From the NCBI GenBank assembly GCA_963578475.1, contig CAUZCL010000008.1, forward strand, positions 56,997 through 120,996: a stretch of 64,000 nt of DNA. Reading direction: 5' to 3'. Origin of the DNA: Acidobacteria bacterium bin61 (GTDB taxonomy: Bacteria > Acidobacteriota > Vicinamibacteria > Marinacidobacterales > SMYC01). Of the stretch, positions 44,006 to 53,194 are shown piece by piece (position 1 is the stretch's first letter; every line of letters begins with the position of its first letter). The notes under the pieces are model-generated. The model saw only the letters and a list, made by a program, of their open reading frames with translations, was not told the DNA's origin and did not search any database. The translations under genes were made by a program, and so were the position numbers.

Positions 44006-46402
44006 ATGAAGCTTGCACTTCGGTGGCTCTTCAAACGCCCCGCTTTCGCCGCCGCCGCCATTTCGAGCTTGGCGCTCGGGATTGGAGCAAATGCCGCCGT
44101 CTTCAGCTTGATCGACGCGGTGCTGTTCCGACCGTTTCCCGTCCGTAGCCAGAACGAGCTCGTGTTGCTTCGCTCGCAGCGAGGTGTCGAGGTTCCCACA
44201 AAGGTCTCGCTGCCCGACTATCGCGATTTCCGCGAAGGCCAAGAGGTTTGCACGGATATTCTCGCGCATGCGCGGTTCGACTTCAGCATTCGTGCGGGGG
44301 AGCGCACGGAGCGCGTCGCGGGTGAGCTCGTCTCGTGGAATTATCTCGACGTCCTTGGTGTTCCAGTTTCGTACGGACGCAGTTTGACTCCCGCCGAAGA
44401 AGACATCGCGTCACCCGTCGTCATTATCAGCGACCGATTGTGGCGGAGAAGCTTTGGTGAGGATCTCGACACGGTAGGGAAGATGCTTCTCGTCAACGGC
44501 CACTCGCTCACGGTGGTGGGATTGCTCCTCCGCGTTTTTCCGGACTTTATGTCGGCGCCGAAATGGATCTTTGGATGCCGATGTCGATGCTCGAGACGCT
44601 CTGGCCCCGCGTGACCGAGTTTGTCGGCGGTCGCGATCAAGGGGCTGTGACTGTGCTGGGACGGCTTCGTCCAAGGGTCGGACTGGTCGAGGCGCAAGTC
44701 GGCATGCAAACGCTCGCGGCACAGCTCGCGGAAGCTTATCCAGACACGAATGAAGACAAGAGCGTTCTCGTCGAGTCGTTCGATCGCGCGCGCATCGCCG
44801 ATCGCGGCGAGGCCGTCTCCTATTTCGGTCTATTATCCGCGGTCGTATTCCTCGTCCTCGTGATCGCGTGCGCGAACGTCGCTTCACTGCGCCCTGTAGA
44901 GCTCGCCGGACGCGACGGAGAAATGGCGATGCGGCGCGCGCTCGGTGCGACCCAGCTCCAACTGGCCGACAGCTTCTCATGGAGAATCTCGTCCTCTATA
45001 TGGCGGCTCTCGCCGCTAACCTCGTCGTGGCGCGAATCGCGACCGACATATTCGAGACCTTGACATTTTTTTCCGGTCCCGATCGGCACCTTGGACTTGA
45101 GGGTCGATCACCGCGTGCTACTCTTCACCGCGCTCCTGGCGATTGTTGGCGGCTTGCTCGCAAGCGTAGTGCCGATCTTGCGGGCCGGACATGCAGGGCT
45201 TCCGGGGTGTGCCGCGTTGCTTGCAAGCAGTCAGCGATCGAAGCTCGTTGGCGGGCTTGTGATCATTCAAATCGCCCTTTCATCCGTGCTACTCGTGGGG
45301 ACGGGATTGCTGTTGCGCTCGCTCCAAAGCACCTATGCGTCGAGCCCGGCTACCGTCTCGACAACGTGCTCTTTCTCTCCGTCGACCTTCAGTCGATGGG
45401 ACCGCGCTACGACGAAACGCGGACGCAGCAGTTCTTCCGCGAAGTCCTCGAGCGCGTCGGGACGATTTCAGGCGTTCACAACAGCGCGTGGTCGGCGGAC
45501 ATTCCTTTCGAGCGCATGACCATCGTCACGCTCTTCGTTCCCGAAGCGCTCGACACTTCGGATGAGCCTGATTGACTCACCGCCGACGCCGATATCGTCA
45601 CGCCCGGCTACTTGACGACGATGGAAATCCCGCTCTTGCGGGGGCGTGACTTTCGTGAGAGCGACGACGAGACCGCTCCCCGCGTCGTGCTCGTCAACGA
45701 GACGATGGCGGCGCGCCATTTCCGCGGAGAGGATGCTCTCGGAAAGCGCATCCGTCACAGCGTTTATGAGATCGTCGGTATCGTGTCGGACGTGCGCTAC
45801 GCGGCTCTTTTCGAAGAGCCCGGACCTTACGTCTACTATCCCGTCGCGCAACGATTCTTTCAGAACATGAACTTGCACGTTCACGTCGCAGGTAACCCCG
45901 CCGCATTCGTTCCCGCGGTGCGCGCCGCGATCGGCGAAGTCGACGACGACCTTCCGATTTTTGATGCAAGGCCGCTCTCCGAGGAGCGCGCTATCTCGCT
46001 CTCACGACGAAAGACGGCCGCCACACTGCTCGGCCTTTCGGGAATACTCGCCTCGCGCTCACGATCCTCGGTACGTACAGCGTGACGGCCTATGCCGTGA
46101 GCCAGCGCACTTCGGAAATGGGTGTGCGCATGGCACTCGGCGCCGACCGCGGCGCGATTCTGTACCTGGTCCTCGGGCGGGGGAGCGCCCTCATTGGCAC
46201 CGGTCTCGCCCTCGGGCTCGTTACCTCCGTGGCGCTCGGCAGCCGCATCGAATCTCTCCTTCTCGGCGTGGGCCGCGACGACGTGGTCGCCTATCTCGGC
46301 AGTCTCGGACTTCTGGCGCTGACCGCGGTAGCAGCCTGCTACTTCCCGGCCCGCCGGGCCGCCCAGATCGAACCGTCCACGGCGCTGCGCCACGATTTCT
46401 AG
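44006..46402 (+). pseudogene. ADOP-type MacB/FtsX permease #3: full length but with at least 5 frameshifts and one in-frame TGA
   Basis: Homology hops between frames. 44006-: MKLALRWLFKRPAFAAAAISSLALGIGANAAVFSLIDAVLFRPFP. 44563-: MSMLETLW...VIACANVASL. 44960-: RQLLMENLVLYMAALAA. 45091-: LDLRVDHRVLLFTALLAIVGG...LVIIQIALSSVLLVGTGLLLRSL. 45340-: GYRLDNVLFLSVDL. TGA at 45573. 45612-: IPLLRGRDF...VVLVNETMAARHF. 46082-: YAVSQRTSEMGVRMALGA...PARRAAQIEPSTALRHDF. Confidence 0.85.
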
Positions 46403-46415
46403 CCGAGCACTCGGA

Positions 46416-46862
46416 CTAGTCGAGCCTCAACTCTTCCCATCGCACCCGGCCGCCCTGCACGGCATCCCGTAATCGCCGCTCGCGCTTCGTCAGATTAGCA
46501 GACGGCCCGGTCTTGACTTCCACAAAAACGATCTCTTCGAGCGCATCCTCGTCCAACCCGTCGAACACGATGAGGTCCACTGGGGTTCCGAGGAAGCGTA
46601 CGTCTTTCGGGTTGTAATGGAAATCTCCGAGCCATGGCGCGAGATGCTCGCTCACTTTGCCGGCAATGACAGCGCGGCTGCGCTCGACGGCGTCGCGGCG
46701 GATCTCGGACTCTGCTTCGAGCTTCCAATGATCGAGAAGCTCGGAGGCGCGGCGCTCGGCACGGTTTCTGACATCGAGTCGAGTTTGGAGGAGCAGCAGC
46801 ACGAGCACAGCGATGACGAATACCAGAAACGGCAACAGCCAATCCGTCGAGCTCATCCCCAC
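46416..46862 (-). CDS. Membrane-anchored PD-(D/E)xK nuclease related to archaeal Holliday-junction resolvase (Endonuc_Holl-like)
   Basis: N-terminal TM segment WLLPFLVFVIAVLVLLLL. Then GTPVDLIVFDG...IVFVEVKTGPSANLTKRERRLRDAV (D...E-V-K core). Confidence 0.6.
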   Translation of the reverse strand: MGMSSTDWLLPFLVFVIAVLVLLLLQTRLDVRNRAERRASELLDHWKLEAESEIRRDAVERSRAVIAGKVSEHLAPWLGDFHYNPKDVRFLGTPVDLIVFDGLDEDALEEIVFVEVKTGPSANLTKRERRLRDAVQGGRVRWEELRLD

Positions 46863-47266
46863 CTCTCGTGATAGCGGCGCGCCTTTGCGCGGTTACCGCA
46901 CGTGCTCATGTCGCACCAACGACGCGAGCGATTGCGGCTCCAGTCGACAAAGACCCACTCGCAATCGTCACCGGCACAAACCCGAAGCCGGGACCGATCC
47001 TCGGACGTCAATAGCTCGACGGCCGAGCGCACAATGGCTGCCCGGCCGCCGCCCCCCCACGACAAATTGTAGGGACGGGTCTCGAGCCTAGGCGCTCGGT
47101 AGGCGGGTGCCAGCTCCCGTCGGAGAGCCTCTCGAGGAGCTTGGCCAGCAGTCCGGCCGCGGGCCTCCGCACTGAAGATCGCTCGGAGGGCGTCACGCAG
47201 CTTGTCCGAACCACTGTCGTTCACGAAATCGAGGCACGCATAGTCTTCTCGCATATAACCGGTCAA
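46853..47266 (-). CDS. CGNR zinc-finger domain protein
   Basis: C-terminal RVCAGDDCEWVFVDWSRNRSRRWCDMSTCGNRAKARRYHER. The stop overlaps the downstream nuclease start by 10 nt. Confidence 0.75.
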   Translation of the reverse strand: MTGYMREDYACLDFVNDSGSDKLRDALRAIFSAEARGRTAGQAPREALRRELAPAYRAPRLETRPYNLSWGGGGRAAIVRSAVELLTSEDRSRLRVCAGDDCEWVFVDWSRNRSRRWCDMSTCGNRAKARRYHERWG

Positions 47267-47311
47267 TTAGTTTATGATGGTTAGCAGCGAAATGCAACAA
47301 GGAGGCAAGAA

Positions 47312-47950
47312 ATGATCGCGCGAATCTGGCAAGGCGAACCAAAGGCGTCAAGATGCCCAACGTCTACACGAACGTCCTCATCCGTCGGTGGACGGCCTTC
47401 ACGAACCTGGACATCTCAGGGGCGAGCGCTCCGGGGATGTACCACACCGGGGTTCGGCTTGGCCAGTCTGTGCAGTTCGGTGACTACCAACCCTCCACAT
47501 CCCCTGACGACCCAATGATTTTGCACATGTCCAGGGTGCCTTGCGCTCCGGGACGCCCAAAGAAGGAGCAGCATCGTATCGGGCGCGGATCTGTTGGCCA
47601 CGACCTTCGAGACCTTCGAGCGCAACATCCGGGACCAACTCGGTCGAACCCTAGAGGGCGGGGGTTTCGACCCGGCCCGGGACATCGAAGCGATCACGGT
47701 GAATCGCTGGCCGCACGGCTATGCCTATAGCTACGACACTTTGAACGATCCGATCGAGTGGGCGCTATTCGCCCCCGACGATCGGCCCTGTGTGATCGGG
47801 AGGCGTCGATTCGGTCGGATTTCCATCGCGAACTCCGATGCCGCCGCCTCGACGCACACGGACTCGGCCATCGACGAGGCGCATCGAGCGGCCCGGGAGC
47901 AGCTAGCCGTTCGAAGCCGGGCCCGGCGCAGGACCTCCAGTAACGGATAG
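47312..47950 (+). pseudogene. Chimeric remnant: about 13 codons of an ABM-like start (MIARIWQG...) joined to a frameshifted C-terminal third of a flavin amine-oxidoreductase-like gene
   Basis: AAGGAGG sits before ATG 47312. ORF 47353..: VYTNVLIRRWTAFTNLDISGASAPGMYHTGVRLGQSVQFGDY...PMILHMSRVPCAPG. ORF 47594..: TFETFERNIRDQLGRTL...ITVNRWPHGYAYSY...ISIANSDAAASTHTDSAIDEAHRA. No N-terminal FAD-binding part is present. Confidence 0.55.
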
Positions 47951-48010
47951 GAAATTCAGTCGTTACGATAGCCCTGCATGCACAACGCTGTGGAGCTAGG
48001 GTGGCGCCAT

Positions 48011-48241
48011 TCAGAATCTGTTGCTGAACATCAACGCCGGCATCAACTTCGACAATCCCCCATTTCGAATAATTATGCCGCTGTTACGACGGCGGGTATC
48101 GCTCACGCCGTCGAATAACCAGCCGCCCCGAATGATAAGGACACCCTCTTTCGGCTCAGCCCATTGCGCTAGCGACGCGACGGGAACCATGACGATTAGA
48201 ATCTTGATTGCGAGCGTTAGCGCCAGTCGCCAACCGTTCAT
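48011..48241 (-). pseudogene. N-terminal fragment (about 75 codons) of a secreted amidohydrolase
   Basis: MNGWRLALTLAIKILIVMVPVASLAQ...GVLIIRGGWLFDGVSDTRRRNSGIIIRNG, then unrelated sequence and a stop. The metal-binding core is absent. Confidence 0.5.
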
Positions 48242-48297
48242 GTTTACTCCATTCCGTCTGTTATCCGGTGAAAATGTCATTCATGCGATAGTTCCCC

Positions 48298-50172
48298 TCA
48301 GCCTCGCCCGATCCTTCCGTGAGCCCGTACCAGCTCGAGGATGTCGTCTCCGAATCGCGCGACCTTCGCCGGCCCGAGCCCGGGGATACGCTCTAGCTCC
48401 GCGAGGCTCTGGGGCTCCGTTCTCTCGATCTCGAGCATCACTTTGCGCTGAAACACCATGTAGATTTTCCACTGGAGCGCTTTCGCCTTGCGGCGGCGGT
48501 AGTTGTCGAGAGCGCGCGCGACCGAGCCGCCGTAGCGTGAAGTTCGGCGCCGCGGCGCCGCCGCGCTCGTCTCCCAACCTGCGCTGCGAATCGATTTGCC
48601 CGGAATCCACACCGTCGGGTATTTACGCCCGGTGCGCTTCAAACTCCCGTCGTCGAGCAGCTCGCCGACCGCTGCCACGATATCGGCTTCACTGTACTGC
48701 ACTAGAGAGCCGTATTCCGGAAGTGTCAAAAGGCCCCCGCGCGCGAGCGATTTCGCGCGACTGCCTCGGAGAGCCCTCGCGAGGTTGGTCTTGCCAACCG
48801 GTCGCCGAAGCCGGCCGACGGCTGCAAGGATGACCTTTTTCGCTTCAGGTGCGAGCCTTCGTACTGGGTCGGGATTCGTTTCGGCTGCTCTTTGCGCCTC
48901 TCGGACGGCGTCGGAATCCATGCACACATCGCACCGGCCGCAAGCCGGCTCTTCGCTCAGAGGGCTCGAGGTGAAGTGAGCGACGAGAGCCTGGTGCCTG
49001 CACCGAACGGAGGTTGCATAGCGCTCTATCGCTTCGAGAGCGTTTTCTCTGCGCGCCTCGAGCACCGCGTTTCGCGAGCTGTTCTGAGCCAGGCGACGTT
49101 GGGTCATCAGGTCGCCGGCCCCGAAATAGAGCACGCAGCGGGCCGGCTCTCCGTCCCGACCGGCGCGCCCTGCTTCTTGGTAGTACGCCTCGACACTGCC
49201 AGGTGTCTGGAAGTGAACGATCAGACGAATGTCGGGCACGTCCACGCCCATGCCGAAGGCGTTCGTCGCGACGAGTACTCGTGTTCGGCCGACGTCGAAG
49301 GCACGCTGAGCGCGTTCGCGCGCAAGCTTCGTCCGGCCGGCGTGGTAGTAGCCGACGGCGAAGCCTTCCGACCGAAGCGTCTTCGCTACAGACTCGACAG
49401 TCTTGCGCGTGCTGCAATAGACGATCCCGCGACCGGCGCCGCGGCTCGGTCGCAGCCCGCTCGAGTCGAGTTCTCTGCGTAGCTCCTCTAGACGCACCTT
49501 TTGCGTCCTGGCTCGCAGGACCGCGAACTGTAGGTTCGGCCGAGCGAAGCCCGAGCGAACCGGAACAGGGCTACGAAGCTCGAGCAGCGTCTCGATCTCC
49601 GCGACCACCGCTTGGGTTGCGGTCGCGGTCAACGCGAGCGCCGGGCAGTCGAACTGCTCGCGGAGCTCACCGAGCCGCAAATAATCCGGACGGAAGTCGT
49701 GACCCCATTGGCTCACGCAGTGCGCTTCGTCGATAGCAAGAAGCGCCACCCTCGCTCGCTGCAGCGTTCTTCGAAAATTAGGGGAAGCGCTGCGCTCGGG
49801 GGAGACGTAGAGTAGATCGAGCTCCCCGCGCTCAAACGCTTCGATCGAAGCGCGTTGATGCGAGAATGCTTGATGGCTATGAAGGGCGGCAGCGTGGACG
49901 CCGTGACCCTCGAGCGCTGCCACCTGGTCGTTCATGAGTGCTATCAGAGGGGAGACGACCAGCGTGGTTCCGGCTTGACGACGACGAAAGACGAGCGCAG
50001 GGACCTGGTAGCAGAGCGACTTTCCTGAGCCGGTAGGGAGCAGCACGACCGCATCGCGTCCCGAAAGCACGGCGGCCAGCGCGTCTGCCTGCCCTGGCCG
50101 AAAATCAGGATAGCCAAAGACCTCCGCAAGAACTTCACGAGCCTCGCCTCCTGGTCCTGTTGGCTGTAACAT
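48298..50172 (-). CDS. recQ: ATP-dependent DNA helicase RecQ (with zinc-binding and HRDC regions)
   Basis: FGYPDFRPGQ, LLPTGSGKSLCYQ, IDEAHCVSQWGHDFRPDY, CGRCDVC, and a C-terminal HRDC-like IERTEPQSLAELERIPGLGPAKVARFG. ATG 50170-50172. Confidence 0.9.
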   Translation of the reverse strand: MLQPTGPGGEAREVLAEVFGYPDFRPGQADALAAVLSGRDAVVLLPTGSGKSLCYQVPALVFRRRQAGTTLVVSPLIALMNDQVAALEGHGVHAAALHSHQAFSHQRASIEAFERGELDLLYVSPERSASPNFRRTLQRARVALLAIDEAHCVSQWGHDFRPDYLRLGELREQFDCPALALTATATQAVVAEIETLLELRSPVPVRSGFARPNLQFAVLRARTQKVRLEELRRELDSSGLRPSRGAGRGIVYCSTRKTVESVAKTLRSEGFAVGYYHAGRTKLARERAQRAFDVGRTRVLVATNAFGMGVDVPDIRLIVHFQTPGSVEAYYQEAGRAGRDGEPARCVLYFGAGDLMTQRRLAQNSSRNAVLEARRENALEAIERYATSVRCRHQALVAHFTSSPLSEEPACGRCDVCMDSDAVREAQRAAETNPDPVRRLAPEAKKVILAAVGRLRRPVGKTNLARALRGSRAKSLARGGLLTLPEYGSLVQYSEADIVAAVGELLDDGSLKRTGRKYPTVWIPGKSIRSAGWETSAAAPRRRTSRYGGSVARALDNYRRRKAKALQWKIYMVFQRKVMLEIERTEPQSLAELERIPGLGPAKVARFGDDILELVRAHGRIGRG

Positions 50173-50189
50173 CCGCGCCTCTCCCACTA

Positions 50190-51800
50190 TCAAGGGTCGA
50201 TGCTCTCTTCAGGGAGTGGCGGAGTATAGGGCGGCACACGGCGTGCTCGAGTCAGTTGTTCGAAGGCGTAGCCGAGCGCGAACAGGCGCGGCTCACTGAA
50301 AGCCACACCGAGAAACGAGATCGATACCGGCAGCCCGCCAGACGTAAAACCGGCAGGGACGACCAGGTCAGGGAAGCCGGCCAGACTGGCCAGGTTGGTT
50401 GGCGTCGAGCCCATGGTCGCGTTCAATGCGCTGCCGCCGACCAGGTCCCGCGGCGGGTCCGCGTCGAGGCGAGTAGCCCGCGTGGGCGCCGTGGGATAGA
50501 CAATCGCATCGAGGTTTTGGGTCGCGAAGACGCCTGCGAGCACGTCTCGCAATAAAGGAAGTCCATCGTCGCGGACCGCGAGATAGTCGTAATCCTCGAG
50601 CGCGCCACTCTCCGATTCACGTTTGAGCACGTGACCGCGCGAGGCATTGGGAAAGAACCCCTCCGGAGACGGTGCGGTCAATGCGCGCGTCCTTTCCAAG
50701 AGTTCGGCGACGGTCTTGGGGTATTCGGGAGCCAGAGTGGCCAAATAGTCCCCCATTCGCGCCTTGAACTCGCGGGCCCGGAGCGTCCAGTAGAGGTCCA
50801 CCCGCGCACGGAGAAACCACTCCGGTACTTCGACATCGATGATGGTGACGCCTGCCGCGCGCATCTTCTCGATGGACGCTTCCATGACCCAGTCGACGTC
50901 TCCGTCCTGTCCAAAGAATTGACGAGCCACGCCGACGCGCGCGCCATTCAGTGCGTCGGCGTCGAGGTACTTCGTATAGTCGGTCTCGAACTTGCCTTCG
51001 CTGGCTTGCGTCGTGGGGTCTGCGGCATCGCTGCCGGTGAGAACACCGAGTGCGATCGCGACGTCTTCGACGGTGCGCGCCATCGGGCCCGGCATGTCGA
51101 AGGTCGATGACAGCGGAATGATACCGTCCCGGCTCAGAAGCCCCTGCGTCGGCCGGATCCCGGCGATCCCGTTGGCTGATGTCGGGAGTCTGATCGAGCC
51201 GCCTGTATCCGTTCCGAGCCCCATCGGAACGTAACCCGCGGCGACGGCGACAGCGGTTCCTTGCGAGGAGCCGGATGGGGAGCGATTCGAATCGTACGGG
51301 TTGTGGGTGACGCCTCCTAAAGAGCTCCCCGCATCTCCCGAGGCCAGCTCACTCATGTTGGTTTTTGCGAGGATGATCGCACCCGCGTCGCGAAGCTTCT
51401 TGACCAGGAATGCGTCGTCCGGAGGGAACGAACCTGCTAGAACGAAAGAGCCGCCGGTGGTCGGCATGTCGGACGTATCGAAATTGTCCTTCAGAACGAC
51501 CCGGATACCGTGAAGGGGAGAGCGTGGCCCGCGGCTCCTCCGCTCCGCATCGAGAGCACGCGCCCTCTCGAGCGCTTTCGGGTTCAGCGTGAGAACTGCG
51601 TTCAGCTTGGGACCGACGTTGTCGAAGGCTTTGATACGCGCAAGCGACAGCTCAACGAGTCGTTCCGACGTGAGCTCGCCGGTCTCGAAGGCGGCGTTGA
51701 TCTCTGCGATGGAGAGCTTGGCAAGCTCGAGTGCCGTGACGGGCACGGAGCTGAAGCCAGCAAACCACAGGGCGGCAAGGCAGAATGACGAGCGCTTCAT
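50190..51800 (-). CDS. Amidase (amidase-signature family), secreted; paralog of 9251..10807
   Basis: MKRSSFCLAALWFAGFSS. Motifs: VLKDNFDTSDMPTTGGS, SPSGSSQGTAVAVAAG, GTDTGGSIRLPT. Confidence 0.85.
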   Translation of the reverse strand: MKRSSFCLAALWFAGFSSVPVTALELAKLSIAEINAAFETGELTSERLVELSLARIKAFDNVGPKLNAVLTLNPKALERARALDAERRSRGPRSPLHGIRVVLKDNFDTSDMPTTGGSFVLAGSFPPDDAFLVKKLRDAGAIILAKTNMSELASGDAGSSLGGVTHNPYDSNRSPSGSSQGTAVAVAAGYVPMGLGTDTGGSIRLPTSANGIAGIRPTQGLLSRDGIIPLSSTFDMPGPMARTVEDVAIALGVLTGSDAADPTTQASEGKFETDYTKYLDADALNGARVGVARQFFGQDGDVDWVMEASIEKMRAAGVTIIDVEVPEWFLRARVDLYWTLRAREFKARMGDYLATLAPEYPKTVAELLERTRALTAPSPEGFFPNASRGHVLKRESESGALEDYDYLAVRDDGLPLLRDVLAGVFATQNLDAIVYPTAPTRATRLDADPPRDLVGGSALNATMGSTPTNLASLAGFPDLVVPAGFTSGGLPVSISFLGVAFSEPRLFALGYAFEQLTRARRVPPYTPPLPEESIDP

Positions 51801-51869
51801 GTGCACGGACCTCGACGTTGAGTCTACTCCACGACGCCCGCCCGCGGAGGTTCGCGCAACTCTGGGACG

Positions 51870-52953
51870 CTACGATCGCGGCAGGCGCGGCACCGTAACA
51901 GGGCTGGCTGCCTCCACCTGACTCCAGATCCGCCGCCCAACCTTGTCGGTTTCGGCAATGAGGCCGGGCTCATCGACCGTGAGAATCTTACGATCGCGCA
52001 TGATGAACTGGCCATCGACGAGGACGGACTCAACGTCCGAAGCTTGACCGTTATTGATCCACGCGGAGAGGATGCGCCCTGCCGGGACGAGGTGAGCGCG
52101 CTGTGTGTCCAGGACAATGAGGTCTGCCTTCTTACCCACTTCGAGCGAGCCGAGGAGCGCTTCCTGCCGCACGGCTCGCGCCCCCCCTTGCACGGTGTCT
52201 GCGAGCATGTCTTCTGGCTGAGGCTGGCTGCCGGGGGTCGCATCGTCGCGCTGGATACGTTCCGTCACCAGGGCGATCCGCATCGTCTCCAGCATGTCGC
52301 TGGTATTGTTGTCGGTGCCTTGAGCGATGGGGCAGCCCGCTGCTCGCAGGGCGGAGATGGGCGGGATGACCCCTCGGTTCGCTGCCATGTGAGCCTGATG
52401 TGAATGATCGTGCCGGAGCGGCCAAGCAACGCGATCTCGGAATCGTTGACGTAGCGACAGTGCGCCGCAAACAGCCGGGGGCCGAGGAAGTCGTGCTTGG
52501 CGAGATACTCCGAAGGGCGAAGGCCATGGTGGCGCAGCATGTACTCCACCTCCCAGGTACTCTGGGCGAGGTGGATCGTGTATCCGAGATCGTTCTTCTC
52601 CGCAAAGTCGCGGATGGCGTGCAGGAGCTCAGGCGATGAGTCCTCGGCGAGCGCCGTCGTGGGGAACACGCTGATGCGTCCCTGCCTCGCGCCATGCCAA
52701 GACACGAACAGGTCATGGGCGCTCTCTAAGCCCTCGTCTCGCAGCCTAGCCGAGAATCTGGGCGCTTCACTGCGGGCGAGGCTCTCTGCGGACAAAGGAC
52801 CAGCTCCGTTCTCGATGTCGCGGACGGACTCCGCGAACACCCAGCGCAGCCCTGTCTCCACCAGCGCTGCGGCCGAGCTGCCGATGCCTCCGTGTACTCC
52901 ACAACCGTGGTGACCCCGCCCCGTATGGATTCCAGAGCACCCACAACCGCCAT
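51870..52953 (-). pseudogene. Amidohydrolase (MTA/SAH-deaminase / chlorohydrolase-like): frameshifted and N-terminally truncated
   Basis: Three overlapping ORFs in different frames read as one protein. 52726..52953: ALESIRGGVTTVVEY. 52265..52861: LGYTIHLAQSTWEVEYMLRHHG...LFAAHCRYVNDSEIALLGRSGTIIH. 51870..52388: ANRGVIPPISALRAAGCPIAQGTDNN...GKKADLIVLD. The HxH start region is not recognisable. Confidence 0.7.
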
Positions 52954-53194
52954 CAGCGTGGACTCCTCTTCGGAAAGGAGACTTCTAGGCCGGATGGCCA
53001 GGCGATAGCTGTTGGGGAATCCGAAGTCCTCGTCCCCGCCCAGTCCACTCTCGAGATCGATGGATATGGCGCTACTTACGGGGTAAGGCGCTCATCTGCA
53101 CTGGCAACCTCGCAGCCTGACCGAGGCACGGTTACGCCTATTCGACTGGAGTTATTGTTCGCGGGCCCTTAGTCGCGAGCGCTTTCACACTTGC

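Noticed and set aside
45573-45575. In-frame TGA inside ADOP permease #3 as a possible selenocysteine codon
   Set aside because: It is not at a redox or catalytic Cys position. The gene has at least 5 frameshifts around it, and I saw no convincing hairpin downstream. It is best read as a nonsense mutation, possibly TGG to TGA.
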